Part shown: piece by piece, positions 14,301 to 24,481 of the stretch
Numbering within the stretch: the first letter of the stretch is position 1
How the letters are laid out: the number at the start of each line of letters is the position of its first letter
NCBI RefSeq assembly: GCF_964355755.1
Contig: NC_092673.1
Coordinates: forward strand, 30,129,648-30,193,647
Direction of reading: 5' to 3'
Length of the DNA: 64,000 bases
DNA from: Antedon mediterranea
Taxonomy: Eukaryota > Animalia > Echinodermata
Position numbers and translations under genes: made by a program
Notes under the pieces: generated by a model
Seen by the model: the letters and a program-made list of their open reading frames with translations, nothing else
Told to the model about the DNA's origin: nothing
Database searches by the model: none

Positions 14301-15184
14301 TTTTTCAATATTTTGCTTGTTTTCACCTTCTGTAACAGGTTTATCGCCATGTTTTATCTTCCTAATTTCAAACATTAATTCCCTAATATAAAAATAAAAA
14401 AATGAAAGGCTCTGGTGTGTAAATACTTTATTAGATTAGAAAAAATAATTACATGGCTACAGTATAATCATACTTTGAGGTAATTAAAACTTATTATATT
14501 GCAATTATTAGTTGCGAAAGAAATAACACGTCCGACTACTTTAGAGAACAAGATGGAGAGTAACTTTTATTCATGAAGCATTCTGGGAACTAAGAACTAT
14601 AACTGACGTCATACAAACATATTAGATATAGATATGCGAGATATAGATATGCGAGATATAGATATGCGAGATATAGATATGCGAGATATAGATATGCGAG
14701 ATATAGATATGCGAGATATAGATATGCGAGATATAAAAACAATAAAAAAGTATGCCTATAATGATGATATACAGACTACAGTATTGAAACATAGTTTCTG
14801 ACTGGACCAACCCCAATTAAAATAATTGTCAAGGTAAAGACTGCCCTCTATAGTGAGGAGCACAATGTAAGAAAGCAATAGTAATAATACCATTATAATT
14901 ATAATTTTGCTATAAATCGAAATTAATAAATTATTTATACAGCATATAGCCTTTGCTGTGGCATACATTCACGAACATTGCCAGTACGACAACCGGCACT
15001 TACGGCGCTCCATACATTTAGAGCAGTGCAGCAAGATTGTCGTAATGTATAGAATAGCCCTACTAGACTTAGTTGGTGCTTTAGGCCTAACTTACCTGCG
15101 CTGTTTTACAAGGAAATTGTCTAAGCTGGAATTTCCCTGTGTTACAGCACTACTCTCTATGTTTCCATTTCCACCTTCAGCCAT
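2219..15184 (-). CDS. Multi-exon gene, neuralized-like/PIR1-PIR2-type coiled-coil protein (RING E3 ligase expected at the C-terminus beyond the window); 3'-incomplete
   Basis: GT-AG exons: 15184-15096 (MAEGGNGNIESS...KQR), 14382-13899 (RELMFEIRKIKHGDKPV...GSP), 13786-13569 (Q/W-rich), 13236-13089 (NQQNPSP...RGRLEYILG), 8363-8208 (DRLANGEFDGQRV...RNDFRHLGI...), 2351-2219 (SLEFESLRRQMEELKNMVQLTFDLQMDMQRAIRQEVAAALTGRS). All phases are consistent. An extra exon near 3914-3998 is possible but its phase is unresolved. The family call rests on the remembered DxQxxxQRxIRQEVxAAL motif; no RING exon was seen. Confidence 0.75.
4517..5211 (+). repeat. 49-bp minisatellite, about 14 copies (AAAACCAAACCAAAGGTACAGTCAAATCTCTCAATTACCAGACTCTCTC)
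   Basis: Directly visible; the ORF track shows a 49-aa (3x49 nt) period. Confidence 0.95.
5173..5340. mobile_element. Degenerate Tc1/mariner-pogo-type MITE (TA-CAGTCAA...TTGACTG)
   Basis: Begins TA|CAGTCAAATCTC and ends GAGTTGACTG, an imperfect inverted terminus; the 3' TA is not retained. Confidence 0.45.
7549..7845 (+). mobile_element. 5'-truncated non-LTR retrotransposon (LINE) 3' fragment with degenerate ORF2 C-terminal zinc-finger motif
   Basis: Translates STLCNQNDTGDEYHYLFVCPLLVVMRQIYIQKYYYYPP, resembling the CxxC..GDEYHxLxxC end of LINE ORF2; ends in an AAATAAATAA-like tail. Confidence 0.6.
8647..8900 (+). mobile_element. tRNA-derived SINE with a Deu/Nin-like central domain
   Basis: A-box (TGGCCAAGCGG) and B-box (GGTTCGAGAC) head, then TCTCGGATAAGGACTATAAACCG...TTAAAGAA...AGTAGGGGTTAGCCCGGTG, resembling the DeuSINE/Nin domain as remembered. 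Confidence 0.6.
9640..13102. repeat. 42-bp minisatellite, about 82 copies (ACACCTAGTA[C/T]GTACT[A/C]TAT[C/T]GTCAAACTAAACCATATACTT)
   Basis: Directly visible; gives 14-aa periodic ORFs on both strands; lies in intron 4 and overlaps its donor site. Confidence 0.98.
13899..14382 (-). CDS. Exon 2 of the minus-strand coiled-coil/RING-like gene
   Basis: Matches ORF 13884..14375; AG acceptor at 14384-14383 and GTAAGT donor after ...GSP; joins exon 1 in phase 2 and exon 3 in phase 0. Confidence 0.85.
14625..14734. repeat. 15-bp tandem repeat (GATATAGATATGCGA), about 7 copies
   Basis: Directly visible. Confidence 0.95.
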
Positions 15185-15420
15185 TTTATATTGCTTTTAA
15201 TTTATTATATGTCAAATAACCCGACTAGAATAGCCTACAATCTTCCGCGAGAAAAATGACTGGAACTGTGGAACATCACCGTGCGCGAGGTGGTCGTTTG
15301 TTTATATCTGCTGTTGCAAAGATGATATCACCGGTACTGATTGTGATTGGTTGACGATTACCTCATGTATGGGTCATAAGTTAGGCACACTCCTATTGGT
15401 GGAAAGTGAGTCACATTTTT
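15185..15420. promoter_or_regulatory. Probable promoter of the minus-strand gene, with CCAAT boxes
   Basis: Directly upstream of the ATG at 15184; locally richer in CpG; ATTGG motifs at ~15346 and ~15395 read CCAAT on the gene strand. Confidence 0.4.
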
Positions 15421-15808
15421 ATTGTTTCATCGTGACTGAAATTATAACAGGTCTAAAAATAGTAATGACACCAAAAGTATAACAAATGGTTGACCGTATA
15501 CCCAGAAAAAACGGATATATCGGCATCCTGTATCACCAACTACACCTACTAATCGAGGCTGTTAATGGTAAAACTTTTAGAAACTATATCTTCATCATTT
15601 CTTTCACAACATTGATTATATATACATAGCCATTGAAAACTATCAATGCAATCGACCAGAGAAGAGGGTGAAATCCGTCCAAAGTTGTCACATAAAGTGT
15701 AGTCAGAGCATAAGGCAATGTAAGACTATCATAACTCAATACAATTTAAAGAAAGTACAATAAGACCAACACTCTAATGTTTACAATTGTAATTCACTGT
15801 TTTATTAG

Positions 15809-16989
15809 CATGTCCAAATGGATGGGATAGATTCTCTGGAAGTTGCTATCACACACGGTACAGCGACGAGGCCGTCGATTGGAGACGGGCAGCAAAATAC
15901 TGTGAAGGCTTGGGCGCTACATTGCCGGTCATGTCATCATTAATTGGACGATTGTGGGTAACATGGCGTGCAATAGTACGCACTATTAAACGATCGTTTT
16001 AATTTCGTGTACGAAAAAAAAAATCTTTTCGCGTTTAAAAAATATATTTTGTATATTATTGCTTTTGAAATACAACAGCGCCACCTATTTTGTACTTTCG
16101 CCGCGAAGATTAAACGTTATAACATATGGTTTACGCGATGGGGTACATTTTTGGAGAGATATATGTACTAATTTAGATCAAAAAGGCATTTAAATTAGCT
16201 TTAGATCGTTTGTAAGATTTTGATTAATTAATGGGAACATCTCTACAAGACGTGAAATCGTTGGAAAAAACATAATTAGCCTAGATGAGTTGCAGTTTCC
16301 TGTCAAAGTTTCGTATTTGGTATCGCTGCCTTTCTGTCAAGCTGCTAGGCCCAGGCCCGTTAGTAGTAGGCCTAGTGCTAGGCTTAAGATTGTTTGGTCG
16401 TTTGTTGACATAATTAACACCACAGTAGGTAAAAATAAAATTCATAAATATATAATATTATTAAAAACCAAATGTTTTAATCAATGTGAATCAAATGTAT
16501 GCCTTGGTTAGGCCTACCTTTTATTTGATTCAAATGACAGGAATCTATTTAGATGTTATATAAAACAAATAATAAATGTTTTATATTCGTGTATTAATGG
16601 TTCAAATAACGGCATTTGGTGAATGATGAAAGGGGATATATCAACTCGGCTTTGCTTCGTTGAAATATAACCTTTCATCATTCATGCCCCTTAACAGACA
16701 CCGTGCGTCGTGGAGAATATGTACATAATTGATAATACAGTAGCCTAACTGTTGGTACTCGCAGCCAGACATAAGATCAAAGGACTGTTGTGACTAGGCG
16801 TAAGTGTCCTGTTGTTAGATTGCCATGGTATAACTAGTTCCTACTGACCATTGACCATGATTTTCTGTGTAGGTACATCTGTGTACTACAGATATATTTT
16901 AAATTGCAGAACCAATCTAAGAACTTAATCTTAATGTATTGTTGTAGCTGTTACATTAATTCAAAGAACCACACAACTACGGCGTCAAA
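15809..16989 (+). pseudogene. Partial duplicate of C-type lectin exons 1-2, degenerate
   Basis: 15809-15975 reads CPNGWDRFSGSCYHTRYSDEAVDWRRAAKYCEGLGATLPVMSS, near-identical to 19898-20060 but ending in a different phase. From 16910 it starts like exon 20475 (AACCAATCTAAGAACT) but has an in-frame TAA in the lectin frame. Upstream flanks (15540-15808 vs 19645-19897) are homologous. Confidence 0.7.
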
Positions 16990-19251
16990 GTATGTTGATA
17001 AGGAAATATATTGTACTGTAGTTTTTGATAATCTTAAATCGGATGGATGAACAATTGAAGATGAGCCGTTTTCATTGGACAATGCGTCGTGAATTGCACA
17101 CGGAAGACTGTCAACGGTTTCATTACGGGATAAGACCGTATGTACTCGACATCCATGATTTAATGTAAGTATTTCTGTTTTTAAAATATATTTGTTTCCA
17201 TTTTTAAACCGTAATACATGTATTCAATAAGAACAATTAAAATTAATATAAAATTTAAAACTTCATCTCCTTCAACAAATATTATTTGATAATAATTTCG
17301 TTTATGGTGACCTTTTTCCTTCACCATAAACGAAAGTTTTATCAAATAAAATTAATATGTTAGTTAGTTAGTAGGCCCTGCCGAAGAAGTTGAAATGCTC
17401 CAATCTTATGTGAAAAATTAAGTTTAGTGTTTTGTGTATTTGAATATTTAGTTAATCAGATTATAATATTTTAAAGTAATAGCAACATTTGTTATTGAGT
17501 GCAAAAAAACCCGATATTATGAGAGATTAGAGTAAGTTATAGAAAATAACGACCTAGGTAAGGACCCCAATGGAAATAGGTTTATAATATTTAAAACTTT
17601 CTTTGGTTGGCCTGGTTCAATTAGTTTCGTTTTTTATTGTTCCATATTTGTGTGTCACTTTTTAATGTTTTTAATCAAATGAATTAAATCAAGAAAGCTT
17701 TTACTAGATGACGATGTGTTGAAGAGGCCGATGTTTAATTGTTTGCATGAGGTATTTCTATATAATCTTCATGTGTTGAGGTTCCTTTCATTGAAAGCAG
17801 AAAAATAGGATGCATGTTTTTTAGTAATACAGTTTTTCTTAACTGAAAAAGTAAAAAGGCCTCCGTATTGTACCATACGGTATCCCATGATTCTAAGCTT
17901 AGGTTTACGTTAGTATGTGTTTGATTTATAATTGATCAGTTAGAAACCTACTAACTTTATCTTTACATTATGGCATTATCTTTCCAGTACTATAGGCCAA
18001 TTCTTAATACAGTGTCACATGTGGGGCCTGTATTATGTTAATGTTACTTACTGTAGGTGTGCGGCATATGATAGTGGCGTCACATGTGATTTATATGTGA
18101 TACTGTATTACAAAATCTGTCTAGGATACTACTGGAAAAGTTGTAGATACATTACCAAGAATTGGATAGTTTTGTTCGTATTAAGAGGGTTTTAGTGGTT
18201 AAATTGATCTTCCGGTTAAAATAATTATTGGTATTATAAGATTATCTATGGCAAGTAATATAAAGAGAGATTAGATAGGAAAAAAAATTCATTATTATAT
18301 ATGAAGTCTGTTGTTTTTTGGAGTTCCTAATTGTGTAATATTATTTTTATTTTATATTTTTGTTTTGAGGAGCTATGCTTTCAGTTAGGCTCCTCCACTT
18401 TATAGGCTATAAGTTATTAGTAAAGTGAAATGAAGATTTGGGGCTCTCTTGAAATAATACTAGTATTAGTAAAAACAAAACCACACACATCCTCGTGTGT
18501 CCCGTGATCTTTTTTCCAACACATAATAATTATAATAAAATAACCAAAACACGATTGAATGTTTATGTTGTGTTGTTATTTTCCTGAAAGTTTTTTTTTT
18601 ATATATATGGGGAAATGGTTATTTTTAAATAAACAACCCGTTTTAATTAAACTAAGCTATTTTTGTAAATTGTCTGGTCTTCTTTTGTTAAGTCAAACTT
18701 ATAAATTTTCTTCTGCTGAAATCCGAAAGATTTGTGAAAGTGAATGACAGCGCTAGAGGAAAAGGTAGGGCTAGAGAGACACTCTTGAGAACACTCGACA
18801 ACGAAATTAACGTTGATAATGCACGATAGGTAATCCAGCGGTAATGGATCCGGTAAAGGTGTGTCAGTGTAAATACAAGGATATCGGAAACCTCAGGCAT
18901 GTTTATATTTAAGACGAGCGGTGACCGGAATTTTACCGTTCATTCCCCCTTCCCGGTATTTGGATTAAGTAGGCCTTAGGAACTTTGATACCAAACCTAG
19001 ACCTATAATATAGAGATATATCTCCTGGTGCCATATACGGTATATAATAGTTAAATATTATATGGAACCCCAAAAGAGTTAAGATTAAGATTATTATTAT
19101 AATAGGCACAAAAATGTACAAAATATAATACAAACTGTCAGTAAAGCACAAAAGCAGCCTAAGCCACTGTCACCAATTAGGTGTATACCTCCCACCAATG
19201 ATTAAATGGATACTTCCTGCAACAAACAGGAAATAATCTCTCAAAAACATG

Positions 19252-19478
19252 AAAGTGTAGTAGTGTGGCTTGGTGGTTATGATGCTTGGCTACCATTCCA
19301 AGGGTCCTGGGTTTAAGTCCCGTCACATGTCAGGATTTTTATTTATTAAGGACAAAATTACAACTCCACTCCCAAAGACTTGTAATAAGATTTTGTTTAT
19401 AGAGCATCTTGTGTATGTTTGTCTTGTGAACCTCTGAGGGTCCCAATGATCAGCAATTGCTGGATGGATCACCCTCAC
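19252..19478 (+). mobile_element. tRNA-derived SINE, copy 1
   Basis: A-box TGGCTTGGTGG and B-box-like GGGTTTAAGTCC; near-identical inverted copy at 23872-24100. Confidence 0.7.
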
Positions 19479-19897
19479 ATGTGCCAAAGACAATGCCGTA
19501 TGAAAGAATGTATTGTCACATAACTTTGGGTCTATCCTTAAATTAATATGTAAAACATTACATCCATATTACGTAATTATATGTTATATGTTTCTAGATG
19601 TATTTGAATATTGTCTTCTGCTTTGTCTTGGGAATCAGTCTCACCAACTACGCACTAATAATCGAGGCTGTTAATGGTAAGACTTTTAGAAAGTACATCC
19701 AAATATGGAAGTGATATGTCCAAATATAGTAGTGATATGACATCATCGTGTCCATACATTTTCTTGACACATAAAGTGTGATAGTGTAGACAGAGCCTAA
19801 GGAAATGTAAGACTGTCATAACGCAGTACAATGTAAAGAAAGTACAATTAAGACCAACGTATAAATGTTTACAAATTGTAATTAACCATTTTATTAG

Positions 19898-22800
19898 AAT
19901 GTCCAAATGGATGGGATAGATTCTCTGGAAGTTGCTATCACACACGGTACAGCGATGAGGCCGTCAATTGGAGAGGGGCAGCAAAATACTGTGAAGGCTT
20001 GGGCGCTACATTGCCGGTCATTTCATCAATAATTGATAATATTGAGTTCAAAACAAGATTGTACGTAACATATTTGATTACTATTTATAAAAAACAACTT
20101 AATAAAATACATGACATCATCAGGGGTTCAACAATTATATAATACGGTTCTAGTCAAAACGACCCATCCGATACTGCATACTATAATCCCACTAGAGACG
20201 CAACACAAGGACGTAACGCAACGTAAGTGAGTTGACCAATCACAAGCGATGGATTATTCGAACTGTCAACACGTTTGCGTTGCGTTTACGTCTTTGCGTT
20301 AGGAACCGAGCCAAAACATCGGCTTACAACCGCATCATATACCCGATAGTTAAAATATTACAGTTTTTGGCAAATTACAGTATAACCTCGTTAAGTTCCT
20401 ACTGGCCTTTGACCAGTATTATTTCTATGAATGTTTATACTACAGATATAATATATTCTAAATTTGAATTGCAGAACCAATCTAAGAACTCGTCTTAATC
20501 TAAACGTAAATGATCCAGTGTTTACTTGGCTAGGATATCGGAACGACGGTGACGGTTGGAAATGGGTAGAAACCGGAAAAGTAACTACTTACGAAGGTAA
20601 GTTCAGTAGATTCGCACTATTTATTGATGTGCTTGAACATGTAGGCCCTACCTAAAGTGTGGTTCCACTAGGAAAGCAAATTGCTTTTGAATTCAAAATT
20701 GTATATCAGCTGGTCTGTAATTAGGTTATATGCATGATATGCATATAACCTCTTGATTCTGTCAGAATCTTTATTTATTTATTTATTTATTAGTTATCCG
20801 CTTAGTAGCGGATAACTCCTTGTAATCGTCCTGTTTCATCAAATTTTTTTTCTGTATTATACTTCTTTCTTTCTGTCATTTTTGTGCGTCGCGTTTCTCT
20901 AAAACGTGTAGACAGAACATATCGTAACTTTGTCAACATATCAACATTTACGTGAACTTGTGCACCTCCTATTTTTGAATGACGTCAGAGTTGCGCAACG
21001 TGACTTACGTGCGATTTTATGAATTTCAATGATTGATCATAGACTAAAAACCAAACATAATTTTGTTTTGAAACTTTGTGAAAATTTAAGTCATATCAAG
21101 CGCAAACTTTCTATGGATTAAAAATAGCATATTTCACAAAAAGTTACGCGCGCACGCGCGTTTAAAATTTTAACGTGCGAAATATAAACTTCTAATGAAC
21201 TTTCTATGCGTTTCATGTCATTTTGAGCATGTCAAAAATTCCCACGCGCGCGAACATTTTTACGCACGCGGTGCACACGTAGCGTTAAAAACATATTTTT
21301 TTCGCTTGATTTATGTTTTTTCAGCCTTTTCTAGTAATGTTACCAAATTTTAAACAATTTCGACTTAAAATTACGTCATACGAGCACGTCGAATTAGATA
21401 ATTTGCACGCGTATTTGGTGAAAAAGTTCAAAAATTCGTCAAAATTATGCCTATTTTTAAACAGTCATAGATTCTAAACTACATGGAGAACTTTTTTTTA
21501 ATTACATATTCTGGAAGTTGATGAGTTGTAGATATCGGATCATGCATTAATATGGCTAACCGGACATTGTGACGTCATCGTATGGCCACGCGAATATAAA
21601 ATATAGGATTTTTGTCTCTTTCGTCATAGCTCATCACATTTAATAGAGCGCATCTCCACTTATTCGTTGTCCATTTTCATTCCGATTTTAATATATTCTA
21701 GATCTATCAACTATCTTTTGCATGAATTAAAAATTTTTTAATTTTTTTAACGTCATTATGCCTAAAAATTTAAATTACGTTGGTCATTAATTTCATCTTT
21801 ACAGTAAATTTTAATCTGTTATGCCTCGTAAGAATAAAATGTGATAATCACAATTAAAACGTTTTCAGGAAGCTATTGTATTGTAGATACAAAATCATGT
21901 GTAAATTGTGCCAATTGAATGTTGTGACGTCATCATATGGCCAGTTAAATAAAAAAAGTCGTATTTTCATCTTTTGCATTATATTTCATTACATTTAAAA
22001 GAGCGCGCATCAATATTTCACGTATTCAAATTTCTTCTACACATTAATACGTTGTTGCTGAGATAATTTCATTCAGAAATTTCTACTTTTACATTTCATT
22101 TTGAAACCGTCAAGATGTTAAAAATTACAATAAAATACGGGTCCCGTAATTTCACCTATTTTACACTGTTTGTGATATGTATACAGATTGTACTGTGTAT
22201 ACTATATGACACAAAATAACAGAATTCAGAAATAACAACATATCATATTCTTCAGTTCAGGTCATAATGCCTTAATATTTTTCTGTGTGCAATATTCTAA
22301 CGTATGACGTGCACGTGGCGTTTGTCGAGCGGATAACTAACTCGTCAAAGTGACGAGTTTCATGTCTAGTTTATTTATTCTTTCCTTAGCACTATTTGTC
22401 CGTCAATTATCTTGATATCAGTTTCATCTAACTAAGTCAATTTTTCAGAGTATATTCCTTATGGCCAGGAATCGATGTGGTTATGTTTTCACGGTGCGCA
22501 ATCAAACATTACGCGGTCTACGCGCGATTTAACGAAATCACGTTTGTAATCATATCTTCACAAGCATGAATCACTTTTAAACAAAATTTGGTACTCATAA
22601 ATTTCAGGTCATATTTCATCATATGGCAATACAATTACGTGCGTAGCGCATATAACGCATGCGTACGCGCGCTTAAAATGTTCAAAATTGTCAGAATTTA
22701 TTTTCGATGAAATTAGAGTACGTTTCAGGCAATTTTAGGCGTTTAAAAATTGCCATAAGTGCGCAGATTTTTGCACGCGCACTGCGCGTCAAACGTTATT

Positions 22801-24481
22801 GCGCACTGTTTTTGTCCGATTACTGTTGTATAACCTTTCTTTAACAATATCATCATATTGTATTAACTTTTCAACGCCAAACAGCGTTATACGAGTACGT
22901 CAAAAGTGACAGGCTACGCACGTGTAAGTTAACAAAATGGTGAAAATATGCTAAATTTTAAAATTAATATATATCGTTAGAATGCTCGGGAACACCGATT
23001 TTTTATTTTATTTTCTTGAAGTGTATGTATCATATGTATGATTTATTATCAAATAAAGAGAACAAAAGTTGATTAAGTCATCATTAATGGCATATTAAAT
23101 TTACAAAAATTAATTTCGACAATCAAACAAATTATACAATTTTCCTAGGCCGAAATAACAAACTTAACATTAACTTTCTTCCTTAAGAAGTTCATATATT
23201 AAAGTTAAAAGTATATAGTTTGACAGTGCATCATTTTTAAAAATCTTTAAAGATGTCATCATAGTAAAACATTATAATTCATTACGGTATGTAATAATCT
23301 ATCTGCACCAAAGTGGTTACTGCATAGTAAATACACGGAGGAATATTTCCATATTTTTTAGTCAGTTGTGTATGGCTCGGTGGTCTTTGCTCGTGTCTAT
23401 AGCATTTAAGGTACCGAGTTCGAGTCTCACCTTGGGAAACGAAACAAAATAAGATTTTTTTTTATTATCCGTATTGTTTGTTCAATTGTATTTCTTAGTG
23501 TATAGATTACACAAAATGTGGTTTATGACATTATATACGCAGAAGGATCTTTGATCGGATTATGATACCGGCTATTGTATTTGCGTTAACAAGATCCTAT
23601 CATATATTATAAATAACTAAAGATTCTGAGAAAATCAATCAATCAAAATATCTTAAATCAATCAATTATCTTTATTTAAATCAATGCATATAACCTATAA
23701 TTCGTCATAGTGACGAATTAAATCTAGTTGTATATTAGATTTTATATACTCATATATGCATTTTTAAAGCTTTTGTATGTTTTTGCTATACATTTTATTT
23801 GCGAAATAAAGTTTTTATATATATAATAGCATCTCCAATCAACTACTTTCTTTTTTTTTATACCATATTTAATGAGGGTGATCCATCCAGCAATTGCTGA
23901 TCATTAGGGACCCTCAGAGGTTTACAACACAAACATTATACACAAGATGCTCTATATAAATAAAGTCTTATTACAAGTCTTTGGGAGTGGAGTTGTAATT
24001 TTGTCCTTAGAAAAAATCCTGACATGTGACGGGACTTGAACCCAGGACCCTTGGAGTGGTAGCCAAGCATCATAACCACCAAGCCACAACTCCACTCTCT
24101 CATTAAATGGTAAAAAGAGTAATAATAATGCCGCTTTTATCATTATGCTTGTACCAACCCATTATACAGCTGTCACTAGGTAAATCTTAACTAACTATTG
24201 ACAGTCATCGAGATACGAGTCTAGGTGTGTTACGTACTTTAGATACACGTATTTCTGTCACTAGGTTCGTAGAGACAATGTATACTGTTCGTTCACTATG
24301 TTTTTTTATTTGTCACCACTGTTACTTTAAGGTTTTAAAAGCAACGTTTTGGTGGAACCCGAACCAGGAATGTCAAAATGCGCTGCGATGGCCTTATACG
24401 GAGACGATACGGGCAGTTGGGATGACTTTGATTGCGAATTTGATTTGCTTTTAAAATACATTACCTGTGAAAAGGTTGTTG
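19898..24481 (+). CDS. C-type lectin domain encoded by three exons
   Basis: CPNGWDRFSGSCY...WRGAAKYCEGLGATL...TWLGY...WKW...EPE...CAAM...GSWDDFDC...YITCEK follows the long-form CTLD cysteine and WIGL/WND pattern. Confidence 0.9.
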
